The notes under the pieces were generated by a model. The model was not told the DNA's origin, ran no database searches, and saw nothing but the letters and a program-made list of their open reading frames with translations. The translations under genes were made by a program, and so were the position numbers. Shown here in pieces: positions 54,011 through 64,000 of a DNA stretch of 64,000 bases (position 1 is its first letter; the number at the start of each line of letters is the position of its first letter). Origin of the DNA: Eubacteriales bacterium (GTDB lineage: Bacteria > Bacillota > Clostridia > Lachnospirales > Lachnospiraceae); the NCBI GenBank assembly GCA_030531555.1, contig JAUNNI010000003.1:20130-84129 (forward strand). The letters are read 5' to 3'.

Positions 54011-54784
54011 ATGATTTCAAGTACAACGAACAGCAGAATAAAAAATATTGTTCAACTGAAAAAAAGTGCCAAGGCCAGAAAGGATCAGGGATGTTTTCTG
54101 GTTGAGGGACCAAGAATGTTTTTCGAAGTTCCAAAATCCCAGCTGAAAGAAGTATATGTGACAGAGGCATTCGAAAAAAAATATGAAGCAGAACTTAGTG
54201 GTTATCGTTATGAAGTGATTTCTGAAAATGTCTGCAAACATATTTCTGATACCAAAACTCCTCAGGGAGTAACTGCCCTTGTGAAGCAGAGTAGTTTATC
54301 CTTCGAAGAACTGTTAAATTTAGAGAAAGATCCTCTCTTTATCGTTCTTGAGAATCTTCAGGATCCCGGCAATCTGGGAACCATTCTTAGAACGGCAGAG
54401 GGAGCGGGCGTTACAGGAATTATCATGAATCGTGAGACCGTGGATCCCTACAATCCAAAAGTAATCCGGTCTACCATGGGAACAATCTTCCGTGTGCCAT
54501 TTGTTATTGTGGACGATCTTCATGAAGCACTTGGACGATTAAAGAAAGCTGGGGTTGCAAGTTATGCGGCGCATCTTGGTGGGGATTCTTTCTATCAACA
54601 GGATTACACAAAAGGAAGTGCTTTTCTTATCGGTAATGAAGGAAATGGTCTGACCGATGAGATCACATCCATGGCAGAACATAAGATAAAGATTCCGATG
54701 AAGGGACAGGTGGAATCACTCAATGCAGCGATTGCATCCACCGTTCTTGTATATGAAGCACAGAGACAGAGAGGCTGGAGATAG
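54011..54784 (+). CDS. SpoU/TrmH family RNA methyltransferase
   Basis: LVEGP, TPQG, LENLQDPGNLGTILRTA, IGNEGNG, IPM...ESLNAA. Confidence 0.93.
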   Translation: MISSTTNSRIKNIVQLKKSAKARKDQGCFLVEGPRMFFEVPKSQLKEVYVTEAFEKKYEAELSGYRYEVISENVCKHISDTKTPQGVTALVKQSSLSFEELLNLEKDPLFIVLENLQDPGNLGTILRTAEGAGVTGIIMNRETVDPYNPKVIRSTMGTIFRVPFVIVDDLHEALGRLKKAGVASYAAHLGGDSFYQQDYTKGSAFLIGNEGNGLTDEITSMAEHKIKIPMKGQVESLNAAIASTVLVYEAQRQRGWR

Positions 54785-55065
54785 CCTCTCTTTTTTTGAC
54801 TTAAATACACGAAAATATCGTGAAAAATTAGATAAATAGAACAAAAGATAAATGGGATTTTGTGACAAATGTTTAGTTAAAAAATATGAGCTAAAAAATT
54901 AATTATCAAAAGTGTTGAAAATAATAAAGGAAATAACGTAAATAATAGTGCAAAAAAATAAAAAATATTACAAAAACAAAGAATTGTATAAATACAAGCA
55001 TATAAAACTGTGATAATATATCAATAGATTGACCACGAGATGAAGGTGTGGTTAAAAATCTATGA

Positions 55066-56586
<1,521 letters not shown>

Positions 56587-56627
56587 TTCACTCTTACGTG
56601 AATGTTATCTAACATAGAATAATCATT

Positions 56628-56658
56628 CCCCGGAAACTTCGGTTTCCGGGGTTTTTTT
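56628..56658 (+). terminator. intrinsic terminator after glpK
   Basis: CCCCGGAAAC-TTCG-GTTTCCGGGG followed by T7. Confidence 0.92.
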
Positions 56659-57038
56659 ATGTCATAGAATTTTAGCAAAAGTTTCATAAAATCTTATATG
56701 TGGCTTTTTGCATACTAATTTGGGTCAGATGTGTGAAACTGAAGTACACATCTTATAACAAAGTTTATTATTGACTAATTTTAGACTTATTCGTTATACT
56801 TTTATTCAGTTGGGATTCCATTCCACAAGAATAAGTACAAACAAGAATATACACGGTATAGAAAGAGGAGCCAAATCATCATCTGGAATAAGATGGAAGA
56901 GGCCCCTTTTCTTACGTTTTGGGGATGTTTGCCTTATGAAACTGAAGTTGTATTTTTACAACTCTAGCAAGGAATGTGAAATCCGAGAGAAAGATCGCAG
57001 GATCAAGAAATAAGTGAAAAGGATGGAGGAGGAGTATA

Positions 57039-57944
57039 ATGAATCCAAAGGAAAGTAAAAAAATTGCAATGAAGATCTCCAATGTGAGTATTGCAGTCAA
57101 CGTGTTATTATCTGTCATTAAATGTTTCGCAGGAATTTTGGCCCATTCAAGCGCCATGATATCCGATGCAATCCATTCGTTATCTGATGTTTTAAGCACT
57201 TTTGTTGTTATGATCGGTATTCAGATTTCATCAAAAGAATCTGATGATGAACATCCGTATGGTCATGAAAGATTTGAATGTGTTGCTTCCATCATATTGG
57301 CTACCATGCTTGCTCTTACCGGTGCTGGCATCGGTTACAGTGGAATCAAAACAATCATGAGTGGTGCATCTGATTTGAAAGCACCGGGCTTCCTTGCATT
57401 AGTTGCGGCAGTGGTTTCCATTCTGGTAAAAGAAGCAATGTTCTGGTATACAAAAGCTGGTGCGGATAAGATCAAATCAGGTGCCTTAATGGCCGATGCC
57501 TGGCATCATCGTTCGGATGCTTTATCTTCCGTGGGCAGTTTACTTGGTATCGGAGCAGCCAGGCTTGGCTTCCCAATTTTTGATCCAATTGCCTCTGTTG
57601 TAATTTGTCTTTTCATTTTCAAGGCAGCCTATGACATCTATAAAGATGCTGTGAATAAAATGGTAGATGCTTCCATCGATTCCCAGGAAGAGGAAATGAT
57701 TCGCGAAACCATCAAGAAAGAAGAAGGTGTTTGCGATGTCGATGAAATTCGAACAAGAGTATTTGGTTCCAGATATTATGTGGATGTGGAGATTGCAGTG
57801 GATGGTAAGTTGACTTTGGATGCAAGTCATGCCATCGCAGAACGTGTTCATGATAAGATAGAAAAGGAATTTCCAGAAATCAAGCATGTTATGGTTCATG
57901 TAAATCCTTGTAAAGAATGTGCGAAAAGTTCAAGTGGAAATTAG
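57039..57944 (+). CDS. cation diffusion facilitator (FieF-like) metal exporter
   Basis: SDAIHSLSD, HPYGHERFE, ADAWHHRSD, HVMVHVNP. Confidence 0.94.
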   Translation: MNPKESKKIAMKISNVSIAVNVLLSVIKCFAGILAHSSAMISDAIHSLSDVLSTFVVMIGIQISSKESDDEHPYGHERFECVASIILATMLALTGAGIGYSGIKTIMSGASDLKAPGFLALVAAVVSILVKEAMFWYTKAGADKIKSGALMADAWHHRSDALSSVGSLLGIGAARLGFPIFDPIASVVICLFIFKAAYDIYKDAVNKMVDASIDSQEEEMIRETIKKEEGVCDVDEIRTRVFGSRYYVDVEIAVDGKLTLDASHAIAERVHDKIEKEFPEIKHVMVHVNPCKECAKSSSGN

Positions 57945-58035
57945 AGGGAATTTCATTTATAATAGAGAAGATGTTTTATGAAAATCTTCCGGAGAAGACC
58001 ATCCGGTATGCAAGGAAAGGAAGAAGGAGAATCCT

Positions 58036-58749
58036 ATGGAAGGACAATATAAGGTAACTTATCTGGAACACAGCTCATTTTTGGTGGAGACAGATAAGTG
58101 CTATTTGCTCTTTGATTATTGGAAAGGTCAGATTCCGGCCTTAGATTATAAGAAAGCACTTTATGTTTTTGCGTCCCATGCCCATCATGATCACTATTCC
58201 AAAGAGATTTATCGTTTGGAAAACTTATGTGAGAAAGTTTATTATATCTTATCCTTTGATATCAAGAAGGCTGATCGAAGTTACATGACGGTAGAAAATG
58301 TTACATTTATGGATGCCCATGAGAAGAAAGCTGTTGGAGACCTTCAGGTGGAAACCTTCTTGTCTACAGACGAAGGTGTAGCTTTCCTTTTAGAGCTGGA
58401 TGGAAAGACCATTTACCATGCCGGTGACCTTCACTGGTGGGAATGGCCAGGAGAACCGGAAGAAGAAAATGAAGCATATATCGCTGCTTATAAAAAAGAG
58501 ATGGAAAAACTAAAAGGCAGAAAACTTGATTTGGCCTTTGTGGTATTAGACCCTAGACAGGAAGAAGCAGGAGGAAGAGGAATGGATTATTTCCTGGCAC
58601 AGATTGGCGCCAGATATGTCTTTCCAATGCATCTCTGGGGAGAATACTCTTTGATAGCAGCTTATAAAATGGAAAACCAGTTAAAATATATCAATAGTCG
58701 TATTATGGATATCCATAAGGCTGGAGATATATTTGAAATTATGGTATAG
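58036..58749 (+). CDS. MBL-fold metallohydrolase (UlaG-like)
   Basis: TYLEHSSF, SHAHHDH, YHAGDL, FPMH. Confidence 0.88.
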   Translation: MEGQYKVTYLEHSSFLVETDKCYLLFDYWKGQIPALDYKKALYVFASHAHHDHYSKEIYRLENLCEKVYYILSFDIKKADRSYMTVENVTFMDAHEKKAVGDLQVETFLSTDEGVAFLLELDGKTIYHAGDLHWWEWPGEPEEENEAYIAAYKKEMEKLKGRKLDLAFVVLDPRQEEAGGRGMDYFLAQIGARYVFPMHLWGEYSLIAAYKMENQLKYINSRIMDIHKAGDIFEIMV

Positions 58750-58797
58750 CAGATGAAAATCCAGAAAGATTGAAAGCAAGGATAGGAGGATAGAAAG

Positions 58798-59175
58798 ATG
58801 GAGAAACATGTAATCGCAACAGAAAAAGCACCCGCAGCACTTGGCCCATATTCTCAGGCCATTGAAGTAAATGGAATGGTATACACATCCGGTGTGATTG
58901 GAATTGATCCTGCAACAGGTGTAGCAAAAGATACCATCGAAGAACAGACAAAACAGGTATTTGAGAACCTGAAAGCAGTGTTAGAAGCTGCAGGAAGCTG
59001 TCTTAATAATACAGTGAAAACAACCGTATTTCTTAAAGATATGAACGATTTTGGAAAAGTAAATGAAATCTATGCAGGATATTTTGAAGGTGCATTTCCA
59101 GCACGTTCCTGTGTAGAGGTTGCTCGACTTCCAAAAGATTTTCTCATTGAAATTGAGGTAATTGCAATCAAATAA
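58798..59175 (+). CDS. ridA: RidA family enamine/imine deaminase
   Basis: APAALGPYSQA, KTTVFL, PARSCVEV, IEIE. Confidence 0.93.
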   Translation: MEKHVIATEKAPAALGPYSQAIEVNGMVYTSGVIGIDPATGVAKDTIEEQTKQVFENLKAVLEAAGSCLNNTVKTTVFLKDMNDFGKVNEIYAGYFEGAFPARSCVEVARLPKDFLIEIEVIAIK

Positions 59176-59193
59176 TTGTGAAATAATTTACAT
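59176..59193. promoter_or_regulatory. possible Rex-like operator upstream of the HPr-like gene
   Basis: TTGTGAAATAATTTACAT differs at 2 positions from TTGTGAA-N4-TTCACAA. Confidence 0.35.
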
Positions 59194-59280
59194 GAAATAA
59201 TTGAAAGTGTGTGTAAAATATGCTATACTTTCAATAATTTATTAACAATATTTTAAATTTTTGGGAGGGTGATTACCACT

Positions 59281-59550
59281 ATGGTACGAGCGGAGCTGAC
59301 AGTTGAAAGCGCTCAAGGCATTCATTTGGGTCCAGCCAATTTGATTGCGAATACAGCAGATAAGTTTGACTCATCAATTCATTTTAAGACAGAATATATG
59401 GACATTAACGCCAAAAGTATTATTAACATCGTAAGTGGAACTTTGCGCTACGGCGATACATTCCTTTGCGTATGTGACGGTCCGGATGAAAAGAAGGCAT
59501 TGGCAGCAATGAAGGAGTTAATGGCACAGGACCTTGAGGATCTGCTTTAG
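59281..59550 (+). CDS. HPr-family phosphocarrier paralogue
   Basis: From ATG 59281, His15 (GIHLGPA) and Ser46 (NAKSII) fall at canonical HPr positions; C-terminal GPDEKKA. Confidence 0.88.
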   Translation: MVRAELTVESAQGIHLGPANLIANTADKFDSSIHFKTEYMDINAKSIINIVSGTLRYGDTFLCVCDGPDEKKALAAMKELMAQDLEDLL

Positions 59551-59589
59551 AATAGGGTAAGATAACCGATTGCATCATATATGAATTTT

Positions 59590-59628
59590 AAAAGTCGTAG
59601 TAACGAAGGCGTTACTACGACTTTTTTT
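59590..59628. terminator. bidirectional terminator between convergent genes
   Basis: AAAAGTCGTAGTAACG-AAGG-CGTTACTACGACTTTT with further Ts. Confidence 0.9.
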
Positions 59629-59672
59629 GAGTTGTTTCATGAAATTTTCTGATGTACTTGAGAAGGGCTATC

Positions 59673-60284
59673 TTACACCCATTCGATTCGATCCTCCATC
59701 ATGAGGAATTGTTCTCCCATACGTCGAAGCTCGCCCAATACAATCTCTCTTCCATGGGCGGTGTGATACCATGTATCCTTTGTGATACCGTCGATATCAA
59801 CCGGATAAATGATCCATTCGATTTCCGGGAACACCATGGAGTAATAGAGATGAGAGCGTCTTGCGTGGTAGGATTTACAGCAGAGAATGCCGGTTTGAAT
59901 GGTGATTCCCTTTTCTTCTAATAGTTTTTTTGATAATTCCGCATTTTCCAAAGTATAGGTGGAATGGCATTCTTTTAAGATGGCTTCCTGTGGAACATCG
60001 TGCGCTAAGAGAACTGCTTCCAGGAAGTCAGCCTCGCAGGAAAAATCGGAGCCATATTTCTCTCCACCTGCTTTTACCCCGGCAAATCCACCTTCCACTT
60101 TGGTGTAGCCACCAGAGGGAATTAGAAGAGGGGCAAATCCTTCTTTGTAGAGACCGGCCGCGGCGATGGTGTGGTCTGGTCGGGCGCAACCAGGGATAAA
60201 GATGGCATCTGCCTTCTTTAAAGGGTCTTTGCGAAAAATATAATTACTAATACTTTCAATCTGTTCTTTTTCTAAATGATACAT
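59673..60284 (-). CDS. YdcF/ElyC/SanA (DUF218) family protein
   Basis: Reads on the reverse strand (track label wrong): DAIFIPG, LIPSGG, EADF, ECHSTYTLENA, YHARRS. Confidence 0.88.
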   Translation of the reverse strand: MYHLEKEQIESISNYIFRKDPLKKADAIFIPGCARPDHTIAAAGLYKEGFAPLLIPSGGYTKVEGGFAGVKAGGEKYGSDFSCEADFLEAVLLAHDVPQEAILKECHSTYTLENAELSKKLLEEKGITIQTGILCCKSYHARRSHLYYSMVFPEIEWIIYPVDIDGITKDTWYHTAHGREIVLGELRRMGEQFLMMEDRIEWV

Positions 60285-60287
60285 AAG

Positions 60288-61271
60288 CTAATGATTCTTC
60301 TTTTTGTGATGTTTTTCTTCTTCTTCTTTTCGCATCATTTCCTCTCGAAGTTTTCGCTTTCTTCGGAAACTTGGACGAATGATTTGAATCAGTGCATGAT
60401 AGTTTTCCTTATTTTCCAGGAAAAAATTGACTTCAGCACCATAAAAGATCATGGACATACAGAAATACATCCAGATCAATAAGATCATGATACCAGCCAT
60501 ACTTCCATAGATGTAAGTAAAGTTACTAAAATTGTTCATGTACATGGAACAAAGCCAGGATACGATACTCCAACCCAATGTGGCAACCAGAGCTCCAGGA
60601 AACTGGTGTAAAAAATTACGTTTTCGTCCAGATACGAATTTATAAATCCACATGAAAGTAAAGATTAAGCTAACTGTGGAAAGAACCGTTCCTCGCTGAA
60701 TAATGATGCTGGCAATTGGCTGTAGGAATGGAAAATGTATTTTAATGTAAGTATATAATGATTGTCCGAAGACCCAGACAATCATTACAATGATAATGAT
60801 TACTGTAAAAATCAGTGTGTAGAACATACTGAAGATACGAAGGACAAAGTAGTTTCGATTGTCATCGATATCATAGACGGAATTCAGACCCTTTACGATG
60901 GAATACATCCCCTTGGAAGAAGACCAGAGCGCCGCCAGGATTGATACCGTAAATACGGATGCAGAAGTTTTATGATAGACTTCGTTTATCATGCTGAAAA
61001 TCATGGAACTTCTTTCAAATGTTACAACTTTCTGTAAAACGACCAAAATATCATCCTTGGTAAATGGAAGGTATTTGGTCAAAGTTAAAAGAAAGAGCAT
61101 AAATGGCAAAAGAGATAGCAGAAAGAAGAAAGCAGACATGGCTCCAAAAGCGGTAACATGATCATCGTTACATTTTTTGATAAAGTCGATGATAAGCTGA
61201 TAAAGATCCTGCAATCTTTTTCTTTTTAGTAAAGATTTCAGCTTTTGTAATTTATCTTTAAAATTAATCAT
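60288..61271 (-). CDS. YihY/virulence factor BrkB family membrane protein
   Basis: Reverse strand (track label wrong): AFFFLLSLLPF, LWSSSKG, LNSVYD, FPGA, YGSMAGIMILLIWMY, GAEVN. Confidence 0.9.
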   Translation of the reverse strand: MINFKDKLQKLKSLLKRKRLQDLYQLIIDFIKKCNDDHVTAFGAMSAFFFLLSLLPFMLFLLTLTKYLPFTKDDILVVLQKVVTFERSSMIFSMINEVYHKTSASVFTVSILAALWSSSKGMYSIVKGLNSVYDIDDNRNYFVLRIFSMFYTLIFTVIIIIVMIVWVFGQSLYTYIKIHFPFLQPIASIIIQRGTVLSTVSLIFTFMWIYKFVSGRKRNFLHQFPGALVATLGWSIVSWLCSMYMNNFSNFTYIYGSMAGIMILLIWMYFCMSMIFYGAEVNFFLENKENYHALIQIIRPSFRRKRKLREEMMRKEEEEKHHKKKNH

Positions 61272-61325
61272 AAGAGATTTCTCCAATATGAATTGCTACA
61301 ATATGTTTACAATTTCAAATAAGAT

Positions 61326-61355
61326 AAAAAAAGCCGTCTCAGAAGATGAGACGGC
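61326..61355 (-). terminator. terminator of 6S RNA
   Basis: Minus strand: GCCGTCTCA-TCTTC-TGAGACGGC followed by T7. Confidence 0.85.
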
Positions 61356-61363
61356 GTAAAAAT

Positions 61364-61551
61364 CTGACCCGAAATGCCGCATCCTGCAATTTTGAGTCCT
61401 AGCCAAGCTAGGTGGGTAACCGCAATCACGTTCCTGACTTCCACTGGAAGATAAAAATGAGGCCTGTCATTCCGGTGATTATTATGTTTCCCGAGTTCAA
61501 AAATGTAGGTTCAAAATAACAAGATTATATCGAACACCCCAGGCTATTTAT
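61364..61551 (-). ncRNA. ssrS: 6S RNA
   Basis: Minus strand reads CCTGGGGTGTTCG...TTGAACC...TGAACTCGGGA...GCGGTTACCCACCT...CAAAA...GCGGCATTTCGGG, resembling clostridial 6S RNA. About 185 nt, with its own TTGTCA-N17-TATATT promoter and a terminator. Confidence 0.82.
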
Positions 61552-61598
61552 GAATTAAATATATCCTATTATGAATCAATTGACAAGGTATTTTTTTG

Positions 61599-62174
61599 CT
61601 AATCAAGAACCAGTTTCTGGTTGATTACATGATAATCTCCGTCAATATTTTTCAATAAAACCTTACGTACATAAGAGATAAAATAGTCTTCTCCTTTTTT
61701 GGCAAGAATTGTCAGTAGATAACGAGTAAGAAAATCAGTTTCCGGATCAATGATCATCATTTCTCTGCCACGCATGTAATAAATCAAGGCGCTGTCATCT
61801 TTGTAAGCATCCTTCTGATAATTTTTGCTGGCACAGATGCGGTCAATGACCATCTCGAGAACATAACGTTTTGGCATCTTCATACCAACAAATCCCTCGC
61901 CTGGAACCGGACTCATATCAATCCAATATTCAAAATGATGGGGATTTCTTCCTTTATGATGAAGCCAGCCTTTGGAAAGACGATGCAATTTTTTCTCCAT
62001 ATTATATGGGCTGCAGGTGCCTTGATAGTAGATGATACCTGGAATAAACTCCTTCGGATGGTATTTGGACAAGTCATGGAGAAGTCCCTGTTTGTAAAGG
62101 CCTACTTTAAAGCACATGAGAGTTACTAGTTTTTTATGATGATTGATGGTTTTTAAATGACCTCGAATATTCAT
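61599..62174 (-). CDS. DUF5662 family HD-like protein
   Basis: HLKTINHH, GLLHDLSKY, WLHHKGRNPHHFEYW, MPKRYVLEMVIDRI. Confidence 0.78.
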   Translation of the reverse strand: MNIRGHLKTINHHKKLVTLMCFKVGLYKQGLLHDLSKYHPKEFIPGIIYYQGTCSPYNMEKKLHRLSKGWLHHKGRNPHHFEYWIDMSPVPGEGFVGMKMPKRYVLEMVIDRICASKNYQKDAYKDDSALIYYMRGREMMIIDPETDFLTRYLLTILAKKGEDYFISYVRKVLLKNIDGDYHVINQKLVLD

Positions 62175-62350
62175 GGAATAATGACCTCCTTTTGGTCAAA
62201 TGATAATAAAATACGATAGTTTTCCTTTATTTTTCTATATTACTACGAAGGTCTTCTTTTCGCAAGAATCCCTTTACATCCTTATTTTTTCGTGTTAAAC
62301 TTTTAAGCAAAGTAGACACTATTTGTATGAGGACGGAAAGGAGGAGTGAA

Positions 62351-62947
62351 ATGGCAATTGATAAAGATGCAATCAAAGAACATATCAGAGGAATTCTGAT
62401 CGCATTGGGCGATGATCCGGATCGTGAAGGATTAAAGGAAACACCTGATCGTGTTGCCAGAATGTACGAAGAGGTATTTGAGGGCATGAATTATAGCAAT
62501 CACGAGATTGCCATGATGTTTAATAAAGCATTTAAAGACGACCTAGCTCTTCCATCTGGAGATAAAAAGAAGGATATTGTCCTTGTGAAGGACATTCCGA
62601 TTTTCAGTTATTGTGAACATCATATTGCATTGATGTATGATATGAAAGTTTCCGTGGCCTATATTCCAAACGAAAAGGTCCTTGGCCTTAGCAAGATTGC
62701 CAGAATCTGTGATATGGCATCCAAGCGTCTTCAGTTGCAGGAACGCATCGGAAGTGATGTGGCAGAAATCATGATGGAGGCTGCAGATACAGATAATGTG
62801 GCGGTAATCATTCGAGGAACTCACAGCTGTATGAGTGCGCGTGGCATTAAGAAAGAATCCGCGACCACAGTGACAACAACTTTCCGCGGACGTTTTGAGA
62901 CCGATTCCGAAATTCAGAGTCAGCTTGCCATGATGATGGCTCAGTAG
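62351..62947 (+). CDS. folE: GTP cyclohydrolase I
   Basis: [45 protein letters not shown]. Confidence 0.94.
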   Translation: MAIDKDAIKEHIRGILIALGDDPDREGLKETPDRVARMYEEVFEGMNYSNHEIAMMFNKAFKDDLALPSGDKKKDIVLVKDIPIFSYCEHHIALMYDMKVSVAYIPNEKVLGLSKIARICDMASKRLQLQERIGSDVAEIMMEAADTDNVAVIIRGTHSCMSARGIKKESATTVTTTFRGRFETDSEIQSQLAMMMAQ

Positions 62948-62977
62948 GATTTATATGGCATTCTCATAAAATGTTCA

Positions 62978-63006
62978 TTGACATTTATGATAGAACATAG
63001 TATATT
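62978..63006 (+). promoter_or_regulatory. sigma-A promoter of the queT leader
   Basis: TTGACA (62978-83)-N17-TATATT (63001-06). Confidence 0.75.
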
Positions 63007-63017
63007 GTTACATGTTG

Positions 63018-63070
63018 TAACTGACAGTTCATTTGTACCTTCCTGTCATTAAATAAAACCGGGACTAACG
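63018..63070 (+). ncRNA. preQ1 class I riboswitch aptamer
   Basis: P1 TGACAG/CTGTCA around a TTC...ACC loop, then an A-rich tail TTAAATAAAAC. Lies upstream of a queuosine precursor transporter. GGGACT (63061) can pair with AGTCC in the terminator, forming an antiterminator. Confidence 0.78.
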
Positions 63071-63089
63071 ATATAATCTATGGTTTTGT

Positions 63090-63124
63090 GGACTGTTGCA
63101 GCATCTGCTACAGTCCTTTTTTTG
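63090..63124 (+). terminator. riboswitch expression-platform terminator
   Basis: GGACTGTTGCAG-CAT-CTGCTACAGTCC followed by a T run. Confidence 0.85.
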
Positions 63125-63217
63125 CCTTTTTAACAATTTATTTGCGAAGTTATGTAAAAAGGCAACAACAGTGAGTACAGGTGAAGCAATATTATTCCAA
63201 TAGAAAAGGAGAAAAAA

Positions 63218-63895
63218 ATGAAAAAGAATAATACTGTTTCCAAATGTTTTCTTATGCTCACAGTACTGTACATTACCTGCTTGTTATTATCCAATCTGAT
63301 CGCAGGTAAAATGTGGGCAGTGACTGGCTCCATCACATTGCCAGCCGCAGTTATTTTATTTCCAATTACTTATATTATGGGTGACATCTTCACAGAAGTT
63401 TATGGTTTCAAGGATACCCGCATGGTAATCTGGCTTGGTTTTGCCTGCAGCTTTTTCGCTGTTGTGATCTATCTGATCACCATCGCCCTGCCACATCCGG
63501 AATTCTGGACCAATCAGGAAGCCTTTGTTACAGTTATGGGCACCACACCACGTGTAGCCTGTGCCTCATTCCTGGGATATCTTTTTGGTGAGTTTTCTAA
63601 CTCCATGATTTTATCCAAGATGAAGGTGGCAACCAAAGGCGATAAATTATGGATGAGAACCATCGGCTCCACCATCGTGGGAGAAGGCTTTGATTCCATT
63701 ATCTTTATTACCATTTCTTTTGCAGGAACTATGGATGCGAATACTTTGGCACATATGATCTTATATCAGTATCTTTTTAAGGTATGTTATGAAATCATCT
63801 GTACACCTCTGACTTATAAAGTAGTTTCCATGGTGAAAAAAGCAGAAGGTATTGACACTTACGACTATGAGGTAATTTATAAGGTTTTAGGATAA
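63218..63895 (+). CDS. yhhQ: queuosine precursor transporter (VUT/YhhQ family)
   Basis: LLSNLIAGK, FPITYIMGDIFTEVYG, TTPRV, ASFLGYLFGE, RTIGSTIVGEGFDS. Confidence 0.92.
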   Translation: MKKNNTVSKCFLMLTVLYITCLLLSNLIAGKMWAVTGSITLPAAVILFPITYIMGDIFTEVYGFKDTRMVIWLGFACSFFAVVIYLITIALPHPEFWTNQEAFVTVMGTTPRVACASFLGYLFGEFSNSMILSKMKVATKGDKLWMRTIGSTIVGEGFDSIIFITISFAGTMDANTLAHMILYQYLFKVCYEIICTPLTYKVVSMVKKAEGIDTYDYEVIYKVLG

Positions 63896-63922
63896 AAAAC
63901 GAAAATATATTTTCTTTCTTCA

Positions 63923-63950
63923 TTGACAAAGGAAGAAAATGTGATATGAT
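63923..63950 (+). promoter_or_regulatory. sigma-A promoter for a transcript running off the window
   Basis: TTGACA (63923-28)-N16-TATGAT (63945-50), with an extended TG. Confidence 0.7.
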
Positions 63951-64000
63951 GTAATATACATTTTCATTTACAAATAAATACGCACCAAAGTCATGATGAT

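Noticed and set aside
56730-56960. NiCo (czcD) or yybP-ykoY riboswitch upstream of the CDF gene
   Set aside because: Only AACTGA matches. The conserved G-rich junction segments I expect are missing.
56771-57013. 80-aa ORF between glpK and the CDF gene
   Set aside because: TTG start without an SD, no motifs, and it overlaps promoter-like sequence.
59652-61286. Track strands for 59652-59921 (-), 59673-60284 (+) and 60288-61286 (+)
   Set aside because: Direct reading shows the opposite. The 89-aa ORF is a + strand shadow, and ydcF-like and yihY-like genes are on the minus strand, consistent with the bidirectional terminator at 59590-59628.
63960-64000. Possible T-box leader start (AAAGTCATGATGAT) at the window end
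   Set aside because: Truncated; specifier loop and T-box cannot be seen.

Overview
AT-rich chromosomal window from a low-GC Firmicute. Gene content and order look like Lachnospiraceae/Clostridia (inferred, not a database call). Nearly all genes are on the + strand, and I see no transposase, integrase, tRNA, rRNA or CRISPR array. Left to right: the tail of a large Ig-like-repeat surface protein; DUF951-rpsF-ssb-rpsR with an S6:S18 leader; an unassigned structured RNA candidate; a frameshifted YgjP/M48-like gene; a hypoxanthine-glycosylase/MutY fusion; and a His6-type hisA. Next comes a ~23 kb anaerobic tetrapyrrole/cobamide cluster (divergent cbiG, hemL, cbiF, hemA, cbiH, hemC-cobA-hemD triple fusion, cobS, cobT, cbiC, D, ET, K, L, J, A, B, cobD, cbiP-cobO fusion, sirC, GNAT, hemB). 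It is followed by a five-gene uncharacterised operon (Cthe_2159-like, VTC polyphosphate-polymerase domain, DUF4956, ComEC-like MBL, lipoprotein CotH kinase); a TetR-controlled RND pump; nfeD-SPFH; an LTA synthase; argF-birA-DUF6145-coaX-dusB-greA; two membrane proteins with cdaA-cdaR; trmH; glpK; a CDF exporter; an MBL hydrolase; ridA; an HPr paralogue; ydcF and yihY (both minus strand); 6S RNA; DUF5662; folE; and a preQ1-I riboswitch with queT/yhhQ. The best candidates for something undescribed are the VTC/DUF4956/CotH operon (31.4-36.8 kb) and an 8-site, ~30.5-bp-phased, alternating-orientation motif array between convergent hisA and cbiG (7.9-8.1 kb). The supplied ORF track has the wrong strand for four ORFs (8135-9337, 59652-59921, 59673-60284, 60288-61286). 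All family calls come from motif recognition by eye.
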